NCBI GenBank assembly: GCA_963725235.1
Contig: CAVRXN010000003.1
Span: 139,204 to 203,203, forward strand
Direction of reading: 5' to 3'
DNA length: 64,000 bases
Source of the DNA: an uncultured bacterium
Lineage (GTDB): Bacteria; Patescibacteriota; Minisyncoccia; UBA6257; 2-01-FULL-56-20
Shown: piece by piece, positions 56,426 to 64,000 of the stretch
How positions within the stretch are numbered: the first letter of the stretch is position 1
Layout: the number at the start of each line of letters is the position of its first letter
Program-made: the position numbers and the translations under genes
Notes under the pieces: generated by a model
What the model was told of the DNA's origin: nothing
Databases searched by the model: none
What the model saw: only the letters and a program-made list of their open reading frames with translations

Positions 56426-57517
56426 ATGAAACCCGTCCTCGTTTCCGGCATTAAACCATCTGGTCAGCTCCATTTAGGAAACTATCTCGGAGCACTTAAA
56501 AATTTTATAGATTTGCAGAATTCAGGAAAGTACAATTGCTATTTTTTCGTCGCTGATCTTCACGCAATCACGGAACCCCAAAATCCAAAAGAATTGCATG
56601 ATTCTATTCTTAGTATAGCTGCAAGTTATATAGCAGCAGGTATGGATGCTAAAAAGGTCACTTTCTTTCTCCAATCTCTAGTCCACGCACATAGTGAATT
56701 GGCTTGGATTTTAAATACCATTACTCCGATCGGCGAGTTGAACAGAATGACTCAGTTCAAAGAAAAAGGAGAGAAGGTAGTTACCAGAACAGAAGAAATA
56801 ATCCAACGAGATGGCATTGAAATAAGGACTGGTAAAACTTTTACGAAAGATACGACCCAGCTTATCAACGTCGGCCTATTCGATTACCCGGTCTTAATGG
56901 CGGGAGATGTTTTACTCTACGACGCCACAGTCGTTCCCGTCGGCGATGACCAACTCCAGCACCTCGAGCTCACCCGCACCCTCGCCCGCAAGTTCAATTC
57001 ACGATTCGGGAAAATGTTCATCGAACCGAAAGGGTTGCTGACAAAAACGCCGCGCGTGAGGTCGCTGAAAGATCCGGCAAAAAAGATGTCGAAGTCCCAG
57101 CCGGAGGGTTGCTTGTTCCTGGATGATTCACCCGAGGAGATTCGCGCGAAAATCTCTCGAGCGGTGACAGACTCCAATGCAAAGATCGAATACGATCCGG
57201 AGCGCAAGCCAGGACTTTCAAATTTATTGGATATCTATGCGGCGCTCGATGGAGGTACAATAGCCGCACCGACGGGCAAAGCGCCAGAGCCAAAAGAAAT
57301 CGCCCGCGAATTCGCCGGCAAAACCTATTCCGAATTTAAAAAATCGCTCGCCGAACTCGTAGCCGATTATTTCGTCGATTTTCGCATGCAAAAAGAAAAG
57401 CTGCTCGCGAAGCCGGCGACTCTCGTAAAAATTTTAAACGATGGCTCGGCCCGCGCCGCGAAAGTTGCTGACGCAAAAATGGCTGAAGTAAAAAAGAAAG
57501 TCGGGCTGGCGATATAA
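56426..57517 (+). CDS. trpS: tryptophan--tRNA ligase
   Basis: ORF 56321 trimmed to ATG 56426 (MKPVLVSGIKPSGQLHLGNYLGA). KMSKS motif KKMSKSQP and GLFDYPVLMAGDVLLY. About 22 extra residues between QFKEKGEK and INVGLFDYP relative to the E. coli enzyme (from memory). Confidence 0.9.
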   Translation: MKPVLVSGIKPSGQLHLGNYLGALKNFIDLQNSGKYNCYFFVADLHAITEPQNPKELHDSILSIAASYIAAGMDAKKVTFFLQSLVHAHSELAWILNTITPIGELNRMTQFKEKGEKVVTRTEEIIQRDGIEIRTGKTFTKDTTQLINVGLFDYPVLMAGDVLLYDATVVPVGDDQLQHLELTRTLARKFNSRFGKMFIEPKGLLTKTPRVRSLKDPAKKMSKSQPEGCLFLDDSPEEIRAKISRAVTDSNAKIEYDPERKPGLSNLLDIYAALDGGTIAAPTGKAPEPKEIAREFAGKTYSEFKKSLAELVADYFVDFRMQKEKLLAKPATLVKILNDGSARAAKVADAKMAEVKKKVGLAI

Positions 57518-57560
57518 AACCGCCGCAGCCGGCGCGCCATCGCTTCGATCCATGCCTCCC

Positions 57561-58412
57561 CTACTTCTCCGCCCTCTCCCACGCCGGCAATAATGTTTTT
57601 TTAATATCGGCAAGCAGCTCACGATTCGCGGCGGCGATGAACGTAATGCGTTCGCGCGAAAGGTCGGGATAATCTTCTTCAAAACCGGCGACCACGCAGC
57701 CGGCCTCTTCAAGGATCGGGATCGCGGCAGCTATATTAAAAAGTGTCGCATCGGTATGAACCGCGGCATCGAGCTTGCCCTCAGCGACGAGCATACAGTT
57801 TTCACTCATGGAGCCGGTGTTCACGAGATTCAGCGACCCCATCCGCAGAGTGCCAAGTGCTTCGAAACGGCCCTTCTTGCGACTCGTCGTTGCGCCGGCG
57901 ATGAGCGCATTCCGCATTGCAGTAACACCCGGACGCTCGAATTTCTTGAACGGTTTATTATTGTCAAAAATGCCCTCGCCCTTGATCGCATACACGAACC
58001 GCGCGGTCTCCGGGAAATATAAGATGCCCATCGTCGGTGCGCCGTGGTCGAGAAAAGCAATAGCAATAGCAAACGCCGTCAGCCCTTTCGAAAAATTTGT
58101 CGTGCCGTCGATCGGGTTAATGATCCATTCATATTCACAAACTCCATCTTCCGTCGGCCGGCTTGCGCCCAATTCCTCGCCGCGGATACAATGGTCCGGA
58201 TAGCGCACCATCAACCGCTTCACGATCTCCTTCTCGACCAAACTATCCGCCTCCGTAACAATGTTGCCGAAATACGTTTTCTCCTTTTGCGCCAGCTTGC
58301 CGCCGTTGCGCATCATGACCGCCTCTTCGCCAAGCGCACGCAAAAGCGTGTGCAATTCTGCGACTTCGGCATGCAAATCGATTTTTTGTTTCGCGGTTGT
58401 CATAGTTCCCAT
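57561..58412 (-). CDS. inositol monophosphatase family protein (SuhB-like)
   Basis: WIINPIDGTTNF and the EE..ltxxD pattern (VTEADSLVEKEI). 283 aa. Confidence 0.8.
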   Translation of the reverse strand: MGTMTTAKQKIDLHAEVAELHTLLRALGEEAVMMRNGGKLAQKEKTYFGNIVTEADSLVEKEIVKRLMVRYPDHCIRGEELGASRPTEDGVCEYEWIINPIDGTTNFSKGLTAFAIAIAFLDHGAPTMGILYFPETARFVYAIKGEGIFDNNKPFKKFERPGVTAMRNALIAGATTSRKKGRFEALGTLRMGSLNLVNTGSMSENCMLVAEGKLDAAVHTDATLFNIAAAIPILEEAGCVVAGFEEDYPDLSRERITFIAAANRELLADIKKTLLPAWERAEK

Positions 58413-58451
58413 TTTACCCGAAATCCCCGCCGTGTAAACCTAGGCACAAAC

Positions 58452-61400
58452 CTACCCCAATTTTCGCAACCCGATCCAAGCGCTCTGCCCATCAAGCTTA
58501 ACCTCCTCTTCCGCGTCAAATTTATCCGACCGCTTATACTCAATCGTCTGTGCCCCGACATCATTTTTAATGATATTTTCATGTTTCTCCAGTGCGCCGC
58601 GAACTTCTTCCGGTACTCCAACCATCAATGCGATAGAATCCTTCGGTTCGAGGCCGGCTTTTTGCCGCAACTCTTGCACCATGCGAATGACGTCGCGCAA
58701 TTGGCCCTCCTCGCGCAACTCCGGCGTGATCGCCGCATCGAGCGCGACGTCACCTTCTATCGCGGCATCAAACAAAATCTCTTTGACGTTCACTTCGTCC
58801 GCCAAAATGGCGAGCAGCGGTTTATTATTTTTTAATGTTTCATCTCTAACCGTCAAACTTTTCAACGGCTGGCGAACTTTTACTTTCGCCTCCGCGCGCT
58901 TTGCGAGGCCTGTCGCCGCCAGCTGCCGAATGATCGCCATATTCTTAATCAGCTCCCTTGTCTCTTTGTCCTCTTGTCCCCTGTCTCTTCCATTCGCCGG
59001 CCACTCCTCTAAATGCACCGACTCTTTCCCACCGCCAAGCGCCGCATGCAAAATTTCCGAGAAGAACGGCGTGAATGGCGCCATCAATTTCGTAAGCTGC
59101 ATCAACACAAATCCAAGCGTCGCCGAAGCGACTTCATAATCGCGCGCACCCTCCGCGCTATCATCCGGTCGCTGCAGCCGCCGCCGCGACCGGCGAATAT
59201 ACCAGCGCGACAAATCGTCGACAAAACCTTCGATCTCGAGCGCTGCCTCGCGAACCTGATATGCTTCCAATTTCTCCGTCACCGAACCAGCAAGCTCATC
59301 AAACCGAGCCAAAATCCATCGGTCCAAAACATTCTCCATCTCTTCGTTTCTTGTCCCCGTGTCCTTCCGTCTCTTTGTCTCTTTGTCTTTCTTCGCATAC
59401 GTCCGCCAAAAAACAAACGAGTTATAAATGATCAAATGCACTTGCCGCAACTTCTTCGCCACCTCCGCCTCGTCGAAATTTTTCGGCTCGCCGAACGGCG
59501 TCCCTGCATAAAAATACCAGCGCACCGCATCGACGCCATATTTGTCGATAATCTCGAATGGCTCGATGACGTTGCCCTTCGACTTCGACATCTTGTTGCC
59601 GAACTTATCGTTCATCAAACCGAACGTGATGACATTGCGATACGGCGCTTCATAGCCAAGCGCCGTCGCGATCGCGAGCATCGTGTAAAACCAACCGCGC
59701 GTCTGGTCGATACCTTCGGCGATATAATCGGCAGGATATTCATTCGGTTTCGGATTTTTTGACGACCCACGCGCACCTTCAAACGGAAAGTGTTGTTGCG
59801 CATACGGCATCGCACCCGAATCGTACCAAACGTCCGCAACCGCACGCACACGTTTCATCTCGCCATCGCATTTTCTGTCCGTGCACGGCAATGTAATTTC
59901 ATCAACGAACGGCCGGTGCAAATCGATGAGACCCGTGTCGTCACGCGGGATCGTCTTCAGTGAAAGCTCTTCAATTACGCCCGTTGTCGGATATAACCCT
60001 TCCTTATTTTTCCTTTCCTCGATCGCACGCTTCTCCGACCACCCAAGAGCAACTTCCAGCATCATCCAGATCGGATCGCCATGACTTACTATTAAAATAT
60101 TTTTACCTTCGTACTCCTTCTCACAATCCTGCAAAAATTTCCAGACGCGCTGCCGCAGATGACGGAGAGATTCAACGCCCTCAATCCCATGCTCAAATCG
60201 CATCTCGTACGTCGGCAACCGATCAACGTATTCCGAAATCGGACGCCCTTCGTATTTCGGTCCCCAGCCAAGCTCATTGAGCCGCTTATCCGATCTTATC
60301 GGTGCATTGAAAACTTCTCCGGCAATAGCACCCGTTTCCTTAGTACGCAAAATTTCCGACGTGAAAATGATGTCTATTTTTTGGTGCTTCAATTCTTTCT
60401 TAAGCTGCAGTAAAGAAAGTTCAGCTTCTTCTTTTCCCTTCGGCGTAATATGAAAATTCTGCGAGCCCGTATCAAGAATACCCAGCATATTCCCCTCGGA
60501 TTCTCCATGCCGCATCACCCAATAGTTATTCTTCGAGCCACCGGCGAGTTGCGACAACTGCTCCAAACTCTCAACCACCTCCGTCTGCCCACACTTCGCA
60601 CATTCCCAGACCGGCAGCGGCGCACCCCAATACCGCTCGCGCGACAAGTTCCAATCCTTTGCCTCACGCAGCCATTCGCCAAACCGGCCTTCCTTAATAT
60701 ACTCCGGCATCCAGTGAATCGTTTCATTATTTTTTAACAATTCCTTGCGAAGCCGCGACATGCCAATAAACCAGGAGGTTCGCGCGTAATATAAGAGCGC
60801 CGTACCGCAGCGCCAACAAAATGGATATTCGTGCGTATAATTCTCGACGCGCAATAAATTATTATGCCGATCCAGATGCGCAAAAATCTTATCCTCCGTC
60901 TCGCGCGATTTAACATACTCCCCCGCAAGCTCCGGCACATCTTTCATAAACTTCCCCTCTTCGGTGACCGTATGATACTGCGGCAACCCCACTTTCTTCC
61001 CAAGCTCGTAGTCATCCTCGCCATACATCACTGCCGTATGCACGACACCTGTTCCTTCGGTCGTCGTCACGAAATCAGCCGCATATATTTTGTATGCTTC
61101 CGGTTTTTGCAGCGGCGCGACTTCGAAGAGTGGCTCGTATTCGACGCCGATCAGGTCTTTGCCTTTGATATCATCGTGAACAATTTCAATCTCTTCATTT
61201 TTAAAAACTGTTTTTACCAGATCGCTCGCAAGAATATATAATTCTTTGACATCTTTCACGCGAAGCGCGGTGTATGAAATTTTTTCGCCAACCGCGAGCG
61301 CAACATTCCCCGGCAGCGTCCATGGCGTAGTCGTCCATGAAAGGACATAAACATTTTGGCCGGGCAAACCAATTTTTTCTGGATTTTTTAACTTGAATTT

Positions 61401-62060
61401 AACATACACCGATCGATCAACAACCTCCCTATACCCCTGCGCCAACTCGTGCGAGGACAAAGCCGTCCCACAGCGCGTACACCACGGCACAACCTTGTGG
61501 CCTTTGAACAGCAAACTTTCGCCATCAACTTTTCGCTTCGAGATCTGCGCGAGGGTCCACCAAATCGACTCGATATATTCCGGCGCGTACGTGACGTAGG
61601 CGTTCTTCAAATCAAGCCAATAGCCAATCCGGTTCGTCAGCCGCTCCCATTCGTCGCGATGAATCCAAACCTGCTTCTTCGCCTCTTCATTAAATTTTTC
61701 CACACCGAACTGCTCAATGTCGCGCTTCGTCTTAAACCCTAAAACTTTTTCAGCAGCCATCTCAACCGGCAAGCCGTGCGTATCCCAACCGGCGCGACGC
61801 GGAACGTAATATCCCTGCATCGTCTTGAACCGCAAAATAACGTCCTTTACGACGCGCGCGAGAATGTGATGCAACGCCGGACGGCCATTCGCATACGGCG
61901 GCCCTTCATAGAAAACGAATTTCTCGCCCGAAGTTTCATTCTTTTTTAATGATTTTTCAAAAACCCCACGCTCATCCCAAAACTGCAAAACCTTCTCCTC
62001 GAGCTGAGGCAGATTAAATTCCTCATCACCCAAAAAATTTCGTTCCGTTTCTTGTGCCAT
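58452..62060 (-). CDS. ileS: isoleucine--tRNA ligase with embedded histidine-phosphatase-like domain
   Basis: PPYANGRPALHH (HIGH class), editing-domain TTPWTLPGN and KMSKSKGN. 1202 aa. An extra ~198-aa block (aa ~511-708) carries RHGESEGN and SHG motifs. Confidence 0.9.
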   Translation of the reverse strand: MAQETERNFLGDEEFNLPQLEEKVLQFWDERGVFEKSLKKNETSGEKFVFYEGPPYANGRPALHHILARVVKDVILRFKTMQGYYVPRRAGWDTHGLPVEMAAEKVLGFKTKRDIEQFGVEKFNEEAKKQVWIHRDEWERLTNRIGYWLDLKNAYVTYAPEYIESIWWTLAQISKRKVDGESLLFKGHKVVPWCTRCGTALSSHELAQGYREVVDRSVYVKFKLKNPEKIGLPGQNVYVLSWTTTPWTLPGNVALAVGEKISYTALRVKDVKELYILASDLVKTVFKNEEIEIVHDDIKGKDLIGVEYEPLFEVAPLQKPEAYKIYAADFVTTTEGTGVVHTAVMYGEDDYELGKKVGLPQYHTVTEEGKFMKDVPELAGEYVKSRETEDKIFAHLDRHNNLLRVENYTHEYPFCWRCGTALLYYARTSWFIGMSRLRKELLKNNETIHWMPEYIKEGRFGEWLREAKDWNLSRERYWGAPLPVWECAKCGQTEVVESLEQLSQLAGGSKNNYWVMRHGESEGNMLGILDTGSQNFHITPKGKEEAELSLLQLKKELKHQKIDIIFTSEILRTKETGAIAGEVFNAPIRSDKRLNELGWGPKYEGRPISEYVDRLPTYEMRFEHGIEGVESLRHLRQRVWKFLQDCEKEYEGKNILIVSHGDPIWMMLEVALGWSEKRAIEERKNKEGLYPTTGVIEELSLKTIPRDDTGLIDLHRPFVDEITLPCTDRKCDGEMKRVRAVADVWYDSGAMPYAQQHFPFEGARGSSKNPKPNEYPADYIAEGIDQTRGWFYTMLAIATALGYEAPYRNVITFGLMNDKFGNKMSKSKGNVIEPFEIIDKYGVDAVRWYFYAGTPFGEPKNFDEAEVAKKLRQVHLIIYNSFVFWRTYAKKDKETKRRKDTGTRNEEMENVLDRWILARFDELAGSVTEKLEAYQVREAALEIEGFVDDLSRWYIRRSRRRLQRPDDSAEGARDYEVASATLGFVLMQLTKLMAPFTPFFSEILHAALGGGKESVHLEEWPANGRDRGQEDKETRELIKNMAIIRQLAATGLAKRAEAKVKVRQPLKSLTVRDETLKNNKPLLAILADEVNVKEILFDAAIEGDVALDAAITPELREEGQLRDVIRMVQELRQKAGLEPKDSIALMVGVPEEVRGALEKHENIIKNDVGAQTIEYKRSDKFDAEEEVKLDGQSAWIGLRKLG

Positions 62061-62135
62061 CCCCTCAAAATACCAGATTTTTCAAGCTTTTTCAATGGAT
62101 CGCGCGACAAAAAAAGCGGAGCCGAAGCCCCGCAG

Positions 62136-62393
62136 TTATTTTGCCGGAAAACCCATCCGCACCCGATCGACGTCGTGATATTTAATGATTTTCTGCCTCA
62201 GCAAGGCACTGAGCACATAGCAAACATCGAAGCAGCTCACGACCAGGCAAAGGTCATTAATATAACACCCTTCGCGGCCGGCTCCTTCAATAATTGAAAG
62301 GAGCTTGAGCCGTATTTCTTCTCGGCGTTTTTTGAGGCGTTCTGCAAGCTGCTCTTCCACCGTCAGCTGCGCAGACGTTGTGACTGCGGCCAT
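62136..62393 (-). CDS. hypothetical small protein (possible winged-helix)
   Basis: ORF trimmed to ATG 62393, with GGAGG 5 nt upstream. 85 aa. No firm motif. Confidence 0.45.
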   Translation of the reverse strand: MAAVTTSAQLTVEEQLAERLKKRREEIRLKLLSIIEGAGREGCYINDLCLVVSCFDVCYVLSALLRQKIIKYHDVDRVRMGFPAK

Positions 62394-62428
62394 AATCCCT
62401 CCTTTCTGCTCCAACAGTAACCCGACCT

Positions 62429-64000
62429 TCAAATCTTTTCAAGCGTCTCAATCCCAAGCAAACCCAGCCCCGCCTTGATCGTGCGTGCAGCAACTTCGAC
62501 AAGTGCCAACCGCGCCGAGCGCCGTGCCACATCCTCATCCTTTAATATCGGTGTCGTTTCATAAAATTTATTCGCCGCAACCGCGAGTTTGTAAATATAC
62601 GCGGCCACAATACTCGTCGCATAGAGCTCGCCGGCTTTCGCGACGACATCCGGAAATTCGAAAATTTTTCGCATGAGCGCGAGTTCGACATCGGAATTCA
62701 ACGCGTGGGCACCATCACTAACCCGCGGCTTATCCTTCGCCTTCCGCAAAATACTCCGCAAGCGCGCGTAAGCGTATTGCAAATATGGCGCACTGTCGCC
62801 CGCAAAATCCAGCATTGTACCCCAATCAAACACAATATCGGTCATCCGATTTTCCTTAAGGTCGTTATATTTTAACGCACCAATGCCAACAACGCGCGCA
62901 ACGTCATCCTTCTCTACGGCCGAAAGATCGCGAACCTTTTCATCAACAACGGAGCGCGCCAACGCAATTGATTTTTCAAGCATTTCTGACATCGCGACCG
63001 TCCTCCCTTCTCGCGTAGATAATTTCTTCCCACCTTCTCCGAGTACAAGACCATATTTAACGTGCTGCAAGTCAGCGGCGTCCAAACCCATTCTCTTTGC
63101 GACGGCAAATAATTGTTCGAATTGAAAAGATTGTTCATTGCCAATAACATACAATATTTTAGCCGGCTTATACTTCTTGAGGCGATATTTTAGGTTGGCA
63201 ATATCACGGGTCAAATATAAACTCGCCCCATCGGATTTTTGGATGAGTGCCGGCTGCAAGTTGTATTCATCGAGCCGGATAATAATAGCTTCCTCGCTCC
63301 GTTCAGCAATCTTCTTTTCGAGAAGTCCGTCGACGATTGGCCGTAACTCCTTTTCAAAAAAACTTTCTCCAATCCACACGTCAAAATCGGCAATGCCAAG
63401 CCGAGAATACGCCTTCTTTAATTCCTCAACTGATTCTTTGCGAAACCACTCCCACAGCTTTCGGTTTTCACGATCTCCCGATTCTAATTTACGGAACTCT
63501 TCCTGCCCCTGCTTTTCAAGCTCAGCATTTTCTTTAACCTCCCCATGAAAACGAACATACAGTTTTTGCAATTCTTCGATAGGGTGCTCCTTGAGGTTTT
63601 TTTTGTTACCCCATAACTTATATGCAGTAATGAGCTTACCGAATTGCGTTCCCCAATCCCCGAGATAATTCCATCGAATAACCTGATACCCTAATGCAGC
63701 TAAAATATTCGCCAATGCATCACCGACGATCGTGTTGCGTAAGTGGCCGACATTTAATACTTTGGCGATATTCGGAGAGGAATATTCTACAATAATTTTT
63801 TTATTGCCACCTATATCGCTCCGCCCAAAATCTTTTTTGCGCGCAAGATCTGCAAACTCTTTTTGAACCGTCTCCGCACTTAACCAAAAGTTAACAAATC
63901 CCGGCGCGGCCGCTTCGACGCGATCAAAAAATCCGGTCGGCGCCGCGGCGGCAATCTTCGCCGCCAGCTCCCGCGCCAAATCAAGCGGCGCAACCCCGCG
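62429..64000 (-). CDS. argS: arginine--tRNA ligase (5' end outside the window)
   Basis: SSPNIAKVLNVGHLRNTIVGDA (HIGH-type) and KLSTREG (KMSK-type), with a C-terminal DALR anticodon-binding region. The frame stays open to the window edge; the track 'start' at 63979 is an internal TTG. Confidence 0.9.
   Translation of the reverse strand, partial: RGVAPLDLARELAAKIAAAAPTGFFDRVEAAAPGFVNFWLSAETVQKEFADLARKKDFGRSDIGGNKKIIVEYSSPNIAKVLNVGHLRNTIVGDALANILAALGYQVIRWNYLGDWGTQFGKLITAYKLWGNKKNLKEHPIEELQKLYVRFHGEVKENAELEKQGQEEFRKLESGDRENRKLWEWFRKESVEELKKAYSRLGIADFDVWIGESFFEKELRPIVDGLLEKKIAERSEEAIIIRLDEYNLQPALIQKSDGASLYLTRDIANLKYRLKKYKPAKILYVIGNEQSFQFEQLFAVAKRMGLDAADLQHVKYGLVLGEGGKKLSTREGRTVAMSEMLEKSIALARSVVDEKVRDLSAVEKDDVARVVGIGALKYNDLKENRMTDIVFDWGTMLDFAGDSAPYLQYAYARLRSILRKAKDKPRVSDGAHALNSDVELALMRKIFEFPDVVAKAGELYATSIVAAYIYKLAVAANKFYETTPILKDEDVARRSARLALVEVAARTIKAGLGLLGIETLEKI

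Noticed and set aside
59937-60530. Intein as the explanation for the IleRS insertion
   Set aside because: There is no Cys/Ser/Thr at the N-terminal junction and no terminal His-Asn plus Cys/Ser/Thr at the C-terminal junction. No homing-endonuclease blocks are present. The segment instead has RHG and SHG histidine-phosphatase motifs.

Overview
Gene-dense 64-kb bacterial window with no rRNA and no CRISPR array. I inferred everything by eye from motifs in the supplied translations and from the nucleotide sequence. No searches were run. The gene content suggests a Patescibacteria/CPR-like or other monoderm-type lineage: RNase Y plus RNase J, a membrane-anchored solute-binding protein, a free-standing LAGLIDADG ORF and many apparently leaderless genes. 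That placement is unverified.

Layout:
- 0.1-13 kb: housekeeping and envelope genes (pepO-like M13 peptidase, Nudix, secA, murB, DsbA-like, two DedA paralogs, a six-hairpin glycosidase, small orphan ORFs).
- 13.3-46.4 kb: a very large surface-glycan locus. It holds a priming sugar transferase, GT2/GT4/GT8/GT9/GT11/CgeB-like transferases, a Wzx flippase and a Wzy/O-antigen-ligase-like protein. It also carries two separate nucleotide-heptose activation modules, a GDP type with an embedded transaldolase and an ADP/RfaE type. Further genes are gmd/fcl-like enzymes, a sugar C-methyltransferase and seven other methyltransferases. One FkbM gene is split by an IS982-family element with intact inverted repeats and a target-site duplication.
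- 46.5-64 kb: housekeeping genes (rny, gpmI, secG, OppA-like SBP, LAGLIDADG ORF overlapping tRNA-Leu(CAG), HIT, rnj, trpS, IMPase, ileS, argS partial).

Most notable observations:
1. IleRS carries an in-frame insertion of about 198 aa with complete histidine-phosphatase (RHG...SHG) motifs.
2. Four long nested palindromic hairpins share a conserved apical loop GTTCT(G/T)AC, with compensatory stem changes between copies.
3. The LAGLIDADG ORF's stop codon lies inside the tRNA-Leu gene.
4. There are dual heptose pathways and an unusual density of methyltransferases.
5. Four discrete blocks have reading frames broken by single-base indels that are not in homopolymers: secA+murB, GT2+sugar transferase, rny and rnj. 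Neighbouring long genes are intact, so I read these as probable sequence-quality artefacts rather than biology. This needs checking against reads.
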